Shown: positions 12,246 to 25,332, counted from the first letter of the stretch. The stretch is 64,000 nt of DNA from Dicyema japonicum (GCA_011109175.1 RDEW01000016.1:1113653-1177652), one strand, 5' to 3'. Numbers and translations: made by a program. The notes: generated by a model from the sequence alone, not told the origin.

Positions 12246-15200
12246 AAAAGCCATGCTTATCCAATAAATGCTTATCAATAACAGAATGGTTATAAAAGCC
12301 ATGCTTATCAATAACAGAATGGTTATTGTCACCTTCAGCCTGGCGAAACATGGTATCAAACATAATAACATTACAAACAATAATAATGAGAATACAAGAA
12401 ATGGATACGCAACGGGAAAACTGATCTCTCATCCAGACACAGTCAAAAATTACCAAAAACACATCTGCTCTCATCTGAAGGACCAAACAGTAGGAATTTC
12501 ATGAATCACACAAAGTATATAATAAACGAAGCAGCAAGCCAGTACCTCGGCACACGGGAGATGGTCAGTAAGGGTCGGACGACACATACAGAACTAGTAA
12601 AGGAATTAGCAAAGGAGTTAAAAGAAATCCATACAAAAAAACTAAACGAAAAAGACTATAACAAGAGAAAAGTCCTTCAGGGGCAGAGGGACCAAATCCG
12701 TAGAAAAATCAAGAGACTGAACAAGACACTCCACCAAGAAGAACTTCTTCGCAAAATCAATGAGGTATCCAAACTAAAGGATAACTCACAAATGTACATG
12801 GCCGTTCGTTTACTACGCAACACAAACCGGAAAGAACGAATAATCATCAAAGATAAAAATTGCAAGACATTAATGAATACTGAAGAGCAAGCGGAGTAAT
12901 TGCAACACATTTGAGAAACTTTTTAATGTGACTACAGCAATCCCCCCATTCAAAGGAAAGCCTAGACTTAAAAGAACCAATTTCAATTTTGGAAGTAAAA
13001 ACAGCATGTCAAAAACTAAAAAATAACAGAAGCCCTGGACCAGATACGATAAACCCAGAATTACTGAAATACGGGCCTGACCCCCATTTTGAAAAAATCG
13101 CTACACTACTAAATGAAATGTTTTCAACTAACTAAACCTTGCCCCTATGAACGGGATTACTAATACCTATACAAAAACCCAATAAACCCAAAGGACCGAT
13201 GAAAACTTACGACTAATTATATTATCAAATTCTCTACGGAAAGTCTTAGCTAACATTGTATTGGAACGAATAAAAGGACCCGCCTATGAATACCTACCCG
13301 AAAGTCTGGAGTCACAGATGGAGATGTGCAACACATCAAAGATATTGCAATGCCATCCACATTCTGGGAATAGATCTATCAAAAGCCTTTGATTCGGTTA
13401 ACCGGAAAAAATTGATGACAGTGCTGGAAGTGTTTATTGACGAATCGAGTCTAAGAATGATTCAAATCCTTCTATCTAAAACAGAACTCATTGTGAGAGT
13501 TGGAAAAACCTACTCAAAAAAATTTGAAACAAACACAGGCACTCCTCAAGGAGACTCCCTCTCCCCTACTATTCACAATATACTTGGAGGCCGCTATGAA
13601 GGAACTGAGACCATTATATCAAGGAAAAATAGAAGTGATTTATGCTGATGATGTCGACCTAATTTCTGAAGACAAAGAACTGGAGCATGTACTAGAAAAA
13701 GCACCAGATATACTTGGGAAATGGTTTCTCACCGTGAACAGGGAAAAAACAGAACGGACAGAGATAAGACGAATGAACAACTCACTCGAAGAAAAATGGA
13801 GACACATAAAGAAACTTGGCTCTCTACTAGGAGATAGCGAAGACATCATATGGAGAAAAACATTAGCAAATGCGGCATTACAAAGGATGAAAAATCTTAA
13901 GCTAAAACGGAAAGGATATAACATAAAACAAAGGATTATGTTATACGACACCTTCATCAAACCAATTCTACTATACAACTCTAGGACCTGGGTTACCTCT
14001 AAAGAGGAATTGGGAGGCTAGACTCATTTCACAGGAATCATCTAAGAAACATAACTGGAATGTCCTGGCCATCCAAGATCTCGCGGAATGGACTGTACAA
14101 TAAGTGTGACTGTATACCATTAAGCCACGAGATCATTAGCTCTCGTTGGAGACTTTTTGGACACGTCCTGAGGTTGGACTCGATACCCCCTCCGAATATC
14201 GCAATGGAAGATTACCTGGTGACGATCTGGACTCACTGAGGGACCTAGCAAAGAACAGAAGAGCTTGGAGCAACCTAACTAATTCTCTTATATTTTTTGC
14301 TGCACATGCGGGGCTATAAATATTATGGCTCTCGTGATAGTGCAAATAATAATAATCGAGGTTTTTAGTCTTGTCCATTTTCATGACAATCCTTCCAAAT
14401 GATCTAAAAACGAGGTGAGGTTATCTCCGAATCGAGGTCGAGCTGTATAACGATTTTGAATATCTATTGGACAGAATACAGTCTCATATGTTGGGGTTTG
14501 TTAGAGAATTTAGTTCGGGTGAAATCTATCAGCGTGGTTAAATGAGCAAAAGTTGAGCGTTCTGTTTTTAACCTGTGCTGAAATACATGTAGTTGATTTC
14601 TTGAATAGGCTCTATATACTGCTATTCTAACAGAGAATGTACTAACAAATCTTTCTTTTAATTTCATTAATGTTCCCTAAATTTATGTTTATTGTAGGGG
14701 ATCATACATAATTTATTCTGAAACTGATATCGATATATGAATGATAGACGAAGGACGTACTGTTGAAGCGTTCTGCTTGTTTATAAGTCATAATTATCAA
14801 ATTGAGTGAGGAAAAAACCCAACTCATTTACTACCAAAAGCCTGAAAGTGTGAGTTTGCCAGGCTCAAAAAAGAGACGAATTGAGACAAATACATGAATT
14901 CACTTTAGTTCATTGAATATTACTATTTCTTTAGTTTTTCAGTCTCAAATTAATGGAACGAAAATTTTTCGTATTGGACATGCTTCATCATGTGACCTAT
15001 GACATTATGACAAATGGCATTTATAGCTACCATTTTTAAGATTGTTAGATGCTATAAATTGCCCTATTGATGACTTATAATCCTGGTTTACACATTATTG
15101 AATTATTTATTCAAATTGGGATAAATCTTAGCTTGTTATCAAAAATGAATAAGTAAAATTAAAATCTTTGAAATAAGCGATTAGTAAAGTTAATGATGGA

Positions 15201-15247
15201 AACTAAGCCCTAAAACATGTTGTAACATTATTTTTACTTGTGATTCT

Positions 15248-17635
15248 TCAAAATGATTTTAAAAAATCTAGACTAGGGAATAAATGACGTTTTCTGTAAA
15301 TTTAGATAAAATGATTAACTTTTTGTAAATGTAAACTCCAACAGCAATTAGTCCAGCCGCTATAACAGCAAAGAATAATCCAACTCCCAGAGCTACGCTA
15401 TTCGACTTTTTAGCTACAAATTAAATAAAATTTAAACAGGCAGAGATGTTACCAGTAGAGGCTAAATTGTTAGGTAAAATAGAAACAGCGTGACAACGTT
15501 TGAGTGGTAGTTGATGGTTGAGTTGTTGTGGTCGTCGTAGCTGTGGAAGTCGAAGTGGTCGTTGAAGATATTTTTGAAGTTGTTGAAGTCATTGTTGGAA
15601 CGTCTAAAACACTCAATTAAAAAACATACAATCTCCGACGCAAATAGCGACCTTTTTATTTTTGCATGAATCAGTAATCCATGTTTTATTGGGAAGTATA
15701 GCAACGCATGAAACTAAAAAGTCGATGATTTTTGGTTCGCCGGGAGCCCAGTTTGGTGTGTTCTATAATAAATAAATAACGAGACAGATGGGGTATTATC
15801 CAACCAAGTTGACTTTGTGCCATTCCACAAAATTCTATAGTCTATGTGAAATGTAGAATTAATAAGATCTTCGAAATATTCAAAAACAATTACAATTGTC
15901 GATTTGGTTAAATGTATAAGAATCTGTCTCTTTTATGAGAGTCTGCCCATAATACGCGCAAAGTCTAGTAGAATCGTGATAGCTAAGAGGACGTCCAAAT
16001 AAGGAATATACAGAAGAACCAAGAGTAAAAGAATATGCTGTTTTAGGTTTTTCTAAACATTATTAAACCACAGACCATAAAAATTAGTTGAACAATTAAT
16101 AGTCGAAGGTTCACCTCTGTAGATTTCACGACAGGCAAAGGTTGAGGGTTTGCAAACATCGTTTTTCCATTTCCCAGAGTCGTATTGAGCATAAACACAT
16201 CCTTTATCACTGTTAGAATTAGGATATCCGGAAGCCCAGTTTGTGTATCTCTAAAATAACTATTATAGTAACATCTTTAAATCCATCCCCTCGAACCAAT
16301 ACTTTTTTAACATAAATTATTCCGTAATTCAAACCAATCGTGAATTCGGAATTTTCTTAAGTAAATATTTTTAATAACCCATCACTGCACAATTTTCTAA
16401 ACTGTTACGGGGAACAAAAAGAACGTCACCACGACGACTGCACAGAGTTTTCGCTTCTTTCTGAGTTTGTATAAAATCAAATATTCTAATAGAATACGTT
16501 TCATATTTAATTATCTGGGCAAAGTAATCTCAAATGATATTAAATGTTTACTGTGTTTTCTTTCATTGGTACAATTAGCAGGAACAGCATCCTTAACCAC
16601 AGTATCTAAGGAATCATACTCTAATGTACCTGTTTCACAGATAATATTATTTTCTGCTGTACAATCTTGTGTGCTGAATTCACCAGTTAGGTGACTCCTA
16701 ATAACACAAAGTTCTTTTTGTGGGTGACCAGGTAACCACGGAAGATATGACTGCTTGTAATTTTAACGTATAACCGCATGATATCCTTTAACAGTAATGT
16801 ACTCATTATTCATGTTTCTAATTCCTGTATAAACAAATCCGTGATTTTCAGCTACAAGTAAATATTAGTTTTAACTATTAATAGCACAGTTTTCTAGTCC
16901 ATCGTTAGGAATGAAAACATATCCATTGTGATCATTTTTGCAGATTCGAGAGATATGCTCGTAATCACGACTGACCTTATAAATGTAATACGAGTGTCCT
17001 CTGAATGTGAGAATATCATCGTATTTGACTGAAAAAATATCACATAGTACTATTTATAATTTTATCCGTCGTAATGTTGATTCCGATTGCTGAGATAGAA
17101 TCTATTATGATATTTTTGATAAATTACCATTCTCGCACATGTACAAGGATCGATACAAGCGGGTTATACCTTTCCATTTTCCATTGACAGCACTTATCAT
17201 GGCGCTAGTGTCCTCATATACAAGTCCTGGTTCAAAATTAGTGTATGTCTACATATCATTGTATATTACGAGTATTTTTTCGGTATGAAGTGAGTAAAAT
17301 TGATCATCACCAGTTTTTCTGCCAATACCGATTATACGATCATTTTTCAGTAAACCTTAAAATTTAAATTTAAAAATAAACTAAAAATAAAATTATTTTC
17401 TTTGCCATCCTGAATGTCCACAGCATAGTGATCATTAAAGCCGCATACATAATCCGCCCATAACGCATGTACATTCATCGGACCCAAAAAATATGAGTGA
17501 TTATTGTAGTTGAAAATTCGCGAGTATGGGGCACCTTAAGATATGACATATGGAATTACCAGAAGTCAAGAAAAAAAATAGGAATCCTAAAATCAATTAA
17601 AATTTTATCAAACCGACTAAAAAGTTGAAAAGCAT
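15248..17635 (-). CDS. Type I membrane protein with four C-type lectin-like domains, Thr/Ser stalk, TM (paralog A, apparently intact, ~19 introns)
   Basis: Manual splicing of 21-39 nt GT-AG introns gives an open frame: signal peptide MLFNFLVGFLFFFLTSG, CTLD motifs (TNWASGYP..CV..GKWKNDVC..FAC; NWAPGEP..C..W...C..C), TTTSTS stalk, TM VALGVGLFFAVIAAGLIAVGVYIY. Confidence 0.88.
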
Positions 17636-17819
17636 TTTGCCAGTTTAATTGTATGCCAATTTATATATTCAAAGAAAGCCAAAAATTTGATTTGCGGTCT
17701 TTTATTATTTTAATTTTATTCGATAATCGTGACAGACGTGATAGGATTTTACCTTGATTGATTTTTGAACAAATAGAAATTAAGAGTCAACAATTAAATG
17801 AATTTATAAGCCTGATTGC

Positions 17820-18450
17820 ATGGCTTTCCCTATCAAAACTCCTCGAATAGCCAGCGGCGCTCGCAAAGATCACCAGAACACGCGGAAATCTGATTCCCAA
17901 ATTGACTCAATTTCTAGCTTAGAGGGTCCAATGGTATCGGAAGTTTACACAGCAAAAAGAGTAAACATCACTATATTTTTGAATTAAAAATTGAATTAAC
18001 GTCATTAACGTTTCTAATTATCGTCGGACACTGTCCTTTCATCAATGACCTCGTTTTGACCTCCAAAAATATTGGATTCTTGTCACTCCTGGTATAATAT
18101 TTCACTAACAGTCAATAAGAAGGCTAGGGATGGAGATGACAGTGAGATGTTAATGGATGAAGGTTTGATGTTCTTGTATGGAAAGCCAGATTGTTGATTA
18201 TGCAGAGACTGTGAAAGTCCTCAATTCGCATCTTCCCCTTTTTTCATATTCTTGTCTTTCAACCACGATGGATGCTTTGCATTAAAGTTACACAGATAAT
18301 CACATCTTTAGTGAGGTGAGAAAATCTGGGAGCACGGGAGGAGCGAGAACTCAAAGACGGGAGATATTCATTGACCAATGTTATTGAAAGTCTGGAAAAT
18401 CGGACTTTAGTAGCCACAAGTTCGAGATTTCACTAGTTGTGGAGCAGACC
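17820..18450 (-). mobile_element. Ingi/Vingi-like LINE remnants (APE fragment joined to 3' end)
   Basis: 18020-18160 clearly homologous to 51770-51900; IGPSKLEIESIWE resembles the family C-terminus. Confidence 0.6.
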
Positions 18451-18559
18451 ATAGACCAGTAATTCTCAAAGTTTTTTTTCGTCGCCCATTTTGAAATTTC
18501 ACCCCCCATGAGAAAATTTAACTTTTTTATAATTTTATTAGATTAATACTCATTTATGT

Positions 18560-20070
18560 ATTAAGTTCGTTAACGAATAGTTTTATTGAAAATGCAATAA
18601 TCATTAACTAATGTGATCCTCTAAACTGATGCTTTAAGCCAACATTTCAGTATCTGTTTTGATTCGACTTAAATAAGTTGAATATCACAACTCTCTATGT
18701 ATTTCTTATTTGATAACCAGTCAACCTAGATAAGTCAATTTTTAACCTCAGTATGAAATAGTATGTACATATCCGCACAATGCAAAATTTCTTAATACAG
18801 GTTTCATTAAGTTTGCTGGACATAATATTGGAAACAAGATTATGCCGATAAAGACATTGTAGACAGATTATTCCAGGACATAATTCTTTAAAAATTATGT
18901 AAAACCTTTGAACTTTCCAACCATCAAAATGGCTCCATCCATCGCTATCGACAGTAGATTTTCTAATGGAATATCAACAAAATAATTCTTCATTAAAGAA
19001 AACATCTCATTTCCAGTTTATCTAACATCAGTTGTTTAACAAACAGTAATTTTTTCTAAAGAATATAATAATCGTCTAACAATCTAATATGTTATATTTT
19101 ATTATTTATACCTGAAAATGCCAAAAAATTGTTGATTGTCACAGATTAGTTGCTTATCTATTTGAAGTAAAAAACTTCGTTTTTCTAATACAGTCGACCC
19201 GGACAAACTGGACAGTCTTTAAATTGGCTTTCTAAGAAAAATCCTATTCTCTATTAATTGGCTAATTTTTAAATTTCCCACAATTTTTCAATTTAATTTT
19301 TAATACAATTTGAAAAATAAAAATTTTAACACATGTCTTCCAATGCTTCTCGTGTACGCTATACTCTACTTATTATAAATGAAAAATTTAAATTGTAAAT
19401 TATAAATAATAAATGATGCTATTTCGTGCCAATAGTTGACTGATAATTAAATTTTATTTTATAAAAACTTAAATACGTTTTTTCTTCATTGTAAGGAATT
19501 TTAAAAATTCTTTGTTCATTGTTCTTCAAAATTATTGATTGTATTTTTTTCAAACTGGCGACAAAATTCTAAGGAATCAAAAATGGCCAATTTGCGAGGG
19601 TCGGCTGTATATGAATTAATTTACATATTTATTCGCATTTCGTCGATTCTTAGACGGATGGAATCATTGCTGAGTAGAATTTTTTCGATGAGACTCACAA
19701 CATCCGATAATATCAATTTCAGTGATGGAACAATCACTGACTCTCCAATCGTATGGGGACAGCCTGTTTTTGACACCAATTCGAATATTTTACGGGGTTT
19801 ACAGTCCTTCTAAAAAATAACTAAAATGCTAGCTATTAGTTTGCAATGTATGCTTTTTGCATTTTTGTTTGATTGTATAAAGTAAAAATAGTTTTCGCTT
19901 AGTTTTTCAAAATATTTGATGTTTGTCAAGTTTAGACGAATGCTTTTCGCAAATACTGCAATATTCTTGATGGCTTCATTTGACAAAGTAATAATGCCAT
20001 GTTATGATTTGTTTCATTAATGGGAATTTGGAATGAACCAAAATGATAAGAATCTGGTTCGGTGATTACG
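18560..20070 (-). mobile_element. hAT (Buster/Charlie, ZBED5/8-like) transposase pseudogene
   Basis: PEYLSF, LSNEA, LVSKTGCPHTIGESVIVP..LSNDSIRLRIDEM, IPLENLLSIAMDGAILMVG; interrupted near 19190-19500. Confidence 0.75.
19191..19500. repeat. MITE-like AT-rich insertion (related to ~38850-38950)
   Basis: Starts TA|CAGTCGACCC (pogo/Tc1-like terminus); shares aaaaatcctatt..attaatt.gc.aatttttaa with 38885-38930. Confidence 0.45.
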
Positions 20071-20459
20071 GACTGAACTCATTATTATTATCGGCAGCGC
20101 TGAGAACACATAAAAACAAAAAGTCAATTAAGGTTCCCTTTTTACCGCCGGACACCCTTGTACCAGTCTCATACAAGGTCCCTTTTTTCGCAAGTCCTCT
20201 TGAATTCATCGATATCGTTTGCGTATCTAATTTTCTGCCGAAGCCTTTTAAGTCCTTCTTTAGCACAGAGTTGTCTGGAACTTTCTAAGAATAATCTTTT
20301 TTGTTTCAAGAAATATTCGCCATCAAACGATTTCTGGTACGTCCAGTCTCAAAATTTTACCGAACTCGATCTCTAGATTTCCTAGATATTGGTTCTTGTT
20401 ACATAATTTATATAATTTTGTGTTATTGATCTTATAGTATATCGTATATTGAGTACCTT

Positions 20460-21590
20460 CCGGAGCATGATGCGGTGAAAGCTGTCAATTAACTCCATAA
20501 CCTTTTTGATAAGTCCCATGTCCCACAATATAAATTAGAATGGGCAAGACAAATCATTTTATATCTTTACTTTTCCACTGAGTTTTCTACCCGAGCGACA
20601 CATTTTTCTAGCTTTCTGAAAGCATTCTGAAGCAAGAATTTTTTAACCGGGTACATCTTTTACATCCCCCAAGAGCGATCTAACCTGAAACCTTGCCAGT
20701 CAGCTTTCAAGTAATTTTTGAACTTTGTAGAACAGCACGGTGAACAAATAGGCCTTCTGAGTTTCAACACAATAAGGTTATGGTCGATTGAGAAACCATA
20801 ACAAACATTCTAAGAAATACATCCAGCCATAGAAGGAGAGCAGAGGGACAGGTCCGGGGATGTTCGACTGCCCCTTCTTCGGGACGGGGTCCTTGTGTGA
20901 GCGTCCCGGTCAGTCAAATCATTAAGTAAGGAAAGGATGTACTCACCGCGACTGTCGGCTGATTGTGTCCGAAGCCAGAGTGGATGTTTGGCATTTAGGT
21001 CTCCACATAGTAGCTGATCCTTTAGTCCACACAGTCTCAATAGGTTGGGGATAGGAAGTAGTAATGACCCCTGAGGTGGGATATAGACATTACACAGTGT
21101 AAACATCTCGTCGAAGAAAAGGGAACTTCAATAGAAATTTGTTCCAGAATAAGAATTCCTTCGCAGAAAGAAGATACAGAAGGGGTGACATCCGTAAATT
21201 TAAGTCCATCCTTAACGATTTTCAATAATCCTCCTCCGAGACTTCTTGTTCGGTCCCTGCGAAGTACACAATATCCAGGAAAACAAGGTGTTGGGGACTT
21301 TATAGAGAGCTTCGATTCTTGAATGAGGGCAATGTCCACTCTCAAATGGGATAAAAAGGATCGTAATTCCAACACTTTATTGCGGATTCCATTTACATTT
21401 AATTGTAGAATAGTCAGCGTGCAGTTGGGTCCCGGTTCTACATCACCAGACAGAAGTAGTAAAGAAAAAACGGGGGAGTTGGTAAGCCACCCTTCTAAAG
21501 ATCACAGAAAGGTAGGGAAAGTCGAACGGTTCTTTCCATGCAAAACTTGCAGTGAGTGCCACCACAACAACATGTGAACCGCATGACGCC
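20460..21590 (-). mobile_element. Ingi/Vingi-like LINE 5' half (APE)
   Basis: LLLLSGDVEPGPNCTLTILQLNVNGIR..VDIALIQESKL..LCGDLNAKH..TSPDLS. Confidence 0.85.
21511..21589 (-). ncRNA. Candidate structured RNA at LINE 5' end, copy D (degenerate)
   Basis: P2 GCGGTTC/GAACCGT, CAC..GTG, GGTGGCAC, CATGGAAA junction, TTTCCCTACC box. Confidence 0.6.
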
Positions 21591-21679
21591 ACGCTAAATC
21601 AAATCTGTTATCGGTATACAAAATGTTAGTTATTGAATTTTATATATGTTATCCGTATACAAAATGTTACTCGAACAGC

Positions 21680-22400
21680 CTTTCAATGGACGATATGCGG
21701 AAAGCTATTCAAAACCAGAAATCGTTTTTCGCAATGGTCCAGATGGAATTCCCTCTATTGTACTTAAGAAAATAGGCCCCTACACCCTCTTGGCCTTGAT
21801 CAGAGTTTACAACCTCTCCTTCAGTAGGAACTCGATTCCTACCCTATGGAAATTATCCCATATTCGGCCCATCTTAAACCCTGGATGGCCGAAGGACTCA
21901 ACAGCTTCGTACTGACCAATATCCCTCCTGTGTGCCACCTCCAAAATCCTAGAAAAATTCATTCTCGATCAGATTAAACTTTTTCCTCCCAGACGTATCC
22001 TTCCAACATGGCTTTAAGAAGGCTCGTTCCACAACTACCCACCTTACTTGCTTGACAAAATTCATCAAGGAATACCTTCAACGAAGACCTCGGCATCAAA
22101 ACACCATTATGTTTTCCATTGACATACAGAAGGCTTTTGACTCAATACCGAAAAAACTGCTCACTAGGAAGATTTATAGCTCTAACATTCCGAACAAGCT
22201 TAAAATTTGGCACGCTAACTTCCTCAACGGACGAAGAGTAATTTCCCATTCCACATCTTTAGTCAATAAATTTCAACCGAACAGGGTCCTGCAAGGATCC
22301 CCTCTTTCTCATTCTTTTCAACTTATTTATGAGCGACATGCCTTCCCCACACCAACCTAAAGAAAATAAATTCTTTCAAGAGACAGTAACAAAGACCCTA
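21680..22400 (+). mobile_element. Ingi/Vingi-like RT fragment
   Basis: GPDGIPSIVLKKIGP, PISLLCATSKILEK, QHGF, DIQKAFD. Confidence 0.8.
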
Positions 22401-22439
22401 CAAAATAATCCTCCTTGATGTTAAAACCAACCCCGTTCG

Positions 22440-22680
22440 ATAAACTCGTGAGGAATACGGGAGCTCTGCCAAAGCCTCTAAACCTCCAAAAAGTCACTCG
22501 TCCACACCGAAAGTGTGTAGGCACTCGGGAGGAACACCGAAAAAAGATGAGGCTCAACTTTCTGGATGAGGATCTCAAGGCAATCAACCGGAGGCTCGTA
22601 AGTGGGAGGATCTGGATGCTATGATAAGTTTTCTGTGTAACAGGGGAGGATGGACGAGATTGATCCGAAAAATTGCTTTA
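22440..22680 (+). mobile_element. RTE 3' end fragment
   Basis: FLDEDLKAINRRL..EDLDAM, RTE C-terminus. Confidence 0.6.
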
Positions 22681-22900
22681 AGTGCCGCACGTGTGAAAAT
22701 ATAACAATTATAAATCTACAATAGTTGCCTATAATAATGATGGCTTGCTAAAACAAAAGGTAACCGCAACTTCGTAAAATGAGAAGGTAGATAAGAAGAT
22801 AGGTTATATATTATTTTGTGGTAAAATACTAAAACATAGCTTGTTAAAAATAGAAAAATGAATAGAATCGAATAAGTATTAGTGAAATGAGATAGTAAAT

Positions 22901-25332
22901 TTAATGGTCAAAACTTCGGGCTAAAAAATTTAAATAATAAAGAAACTTCGGAAGCTACCAAATGACCTCAAAGATAATGGAGCTGAAAATGAATAACCTC
23001 TTCTGTAAATTTAAAGAAAATGATTAACTTTTTGTAAATGTAAACTCCAACAGCAATTAGTCCAGCCGCTATGACAGCAAAGAATAATCCAACTCCCAGA
23101 GCTACGCTATTCGACTTTTTAGCTGCAAATTAAATAAAATTTAAACAGGCAGAGATGCTACCAGTAGAAGCTAAATAGTTAGGTAAAATAGAAACAGCTT
23201 GACGACGTTTGAGTGGTAGTGACAGTCGAGGGTTGAGTTGTTGTGGTCGTCGTAGTTGTGGAAGTCGACGTGGTAGTTGAAGAAATTTTTGAAGTTGTTG
23301 AAGTCATTGTTGGAACGTCTTTATCATTCAAAAAAAAACTATCTCCGACGCAAACAGCGACTTTTGTATTTTTGCATGAATCAGTAATCCATGTTTGATT
23401 GGGAAGTATAGCAACGCATGAAATTAAGAAGTCGTCACTTTTTGGTTCACCGGGAGCCCAGTTTGGTGTGTTCTATAATAAATAAATAACGACACAGATG
23501 GGGTATTATCCAACCAAGTAAACTTTGTGTCATTCCACAAAATTCTATAGTCTATGTGAAAGCTAACATTTATGAGATCTATGGTTAATCAAAACATTTA
23601 CATTTATTGATTTTTTCGAATGTATAAGAGTCTGTATCTTTTATGAGTGTCTGCCCATAATAAGCGCAAAGTCTAGCAGAATCGTGAAAGCCGAGAAGAC
23701 CACCGAATAAGGAATATACAGAAGAACCAAGAGTAAAAGAATATGCGGTTATAGGTTTTTCTAAAAATTATTAAGCCACAAACCATAATAATCAGTTGAA
23801 CAATTTATAGTCGATGGTCTACCTCTGTTGTTTTCACGACATGCAAAGGTTGAGGGTTTGCAAACATCGTTTTTCCACTTCCCAGAGTCGTATTGAGCAT
23901 AAACACATTCTTTATCACTGTTAGAATCAGGATATCCGGAAGCCCAGTTTGTGTATTTCTAAAATAACTATTATAGTAACATTTTTATTTCCATCCTCGA
24001 ACAAATAAATGTTTAACATAAAATACTCCGTAATTCAAACCAATCGTAAATTCGGAATTTTCTTAAAATAAATATTTTAATAACCCATCACTGCACAATT
24101 TTCTAAACTGTTACTGGGAACAAAAAGAACGTCACCACGACGACTGCACAGGGTTTTTGCTTCTGTCTGATTTGCTTCAAAATCAAATATTCTTATAGAA
24201 TATGTTTCATATTGTATTATTTGGGCAAAGTATCCTAAAATGGTATCCTACCGTTACTTTGTTTTCTCTCATAGCTACAATTAGCAGGAACAGCATCCTT
24301 AACCACAGTATCTAGGAATCATACTCTAGTAGACCTGTTTCACAGATAATATGCTTTTTGCTGTACACTCTTGTGTCTTGAATTCTCCATTTATGTGACT
24401 TCGAATTACACAAAGTTCTTTTCGTGGATAACCAGGTAACCACGGAAGATATGACTGCTTGTAATTTTAAAGTATAACCGCTTGATATCCTTTAACAGTC
24501 ATGAATTTTTTTATATTTGTGATTCCAACATAAATAAAACCATGATTTTTGGCTATGAATTACTATTTATTTGAACAATTTATAGCGCAGTTTTCTAATC
24601 CGTCGTTTGGGATGAAAATATATCCGTTGTGGTCATTTTTACAGATTTGAAGGATATTTTCGTAATCCCGATATACCTTATAAATGTAATACGAGTGTCC
24701 TCTGAATGTGAGCAAATCATCGTATTTGACTATAAATTATGTCACATAGTACTATTAATAAATTTATCCCCTGTAACGTTGACTCCGTTTGATGAGATAG
24801 AATCTATTATGACATTTTTGATAACCATCTCGCATATGTATAAGTATGGATACCATCGGGATACACCAGTCCATTTTCCATTAACCTCATTTATTAGCGC
24901 TCTAGTGTTGTAATATCCAGGTTTTGAACCAAAATTATTGTATGACTACATATTATTGTATAATACGAGTTTTTTGTCAGTATGGAGAGTGGAATATTCA
25001 TTATCCCCATAATATTTCCCAATGCCGATTAAACGATCATTTCTCAGAACACCTTAAAATTAATATTATAATCTATACTGAAAATAACTTTATTTTCTTC
25101 GCTATCTTGAATATCCACAGAATAGTGTTTATCATAGCCGCAGACTTCATCTAACCAGTATCCATATGCTGTTCTTGAAGAAAAGTAATATGAGTGATTA
25201 TTGTAGTTGAAAATTTGGGAGTATGAGGCACCTTAATGTAAGACTTATGAGATTACCAGAAGTCAAGAAACATAGTAGGAATCCTAAAATCAATTTAAAT
25301 TATATCAAACCGACTAAAAAGTTGAAAATCAT
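22901..25332 (-). pseudogene. Four-CTLD membrane receptor paralog B (frameshifted)
   Basis: Nearly identical to paralog C over ~2.57 kb but with -1 (~24830), -1 (~24359) and -2 (~23995) indels relative to A and C. Confidence 0.75.

Larger units (their letters stand above)
9008..12313 (-). mobile_element. Ingi/Vingi-like single-ORF LINE (2A-APE-RT), apparently full length, two frameshifts
   Basis: GDIELNPGP then ILQLNINGI/IALLQES (APE), QHGFR, DLTKAFD, GVPQGSVLSP, YADD, no RNase H; 14-bp TSD ACAGAATGGTTATT at 8994-9007 and 12314-12327; AATTT-type tail. Confidence 0.9.
6455..14320 (+). mobile_element. RTE retrotransposon (APE-RT), near full length, interrupted by two insertions
   Basis: MLALKFLTFNARGISKPQSRNTLCDD|LEKYNVSIGCIQETK rejoins across the hAT; SDHRMVI|VTFSLAK rejoins across the LINE; RT motifs GIDLSKAFDS, GTPQGDSLSP, YADD; C-terminus DDLDSLRDLAKNRRAW. 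Confidence 0.9.

Noticed and set aside
9738-13978. Many 60-130 aa ORFs in the supplied track (e.g. 9738-10097, 11899-12198, 12121-12486, 13640-13978)
   Set aside because: They are antisense or alternate-frame shadows of retrotransposon ORFs, with no independent motifs
14400-15000. Possible small spliced gene on the minus strand
   Set aside because: One plausible intron but no recognisable domain or complete model
21606-21669. 23-bp direct repeat resembling a mini CRISPR array
   Set aside because: Only two units, eukaryotic context, no cas genes; better explained as a junction duplication
24629-24913. Near-identical plus-strand ORFs at 24629-24913 and 48520-48735
   Set aside because: Antisense to the spliced lectin genes; the identity just reflects the gene duplication
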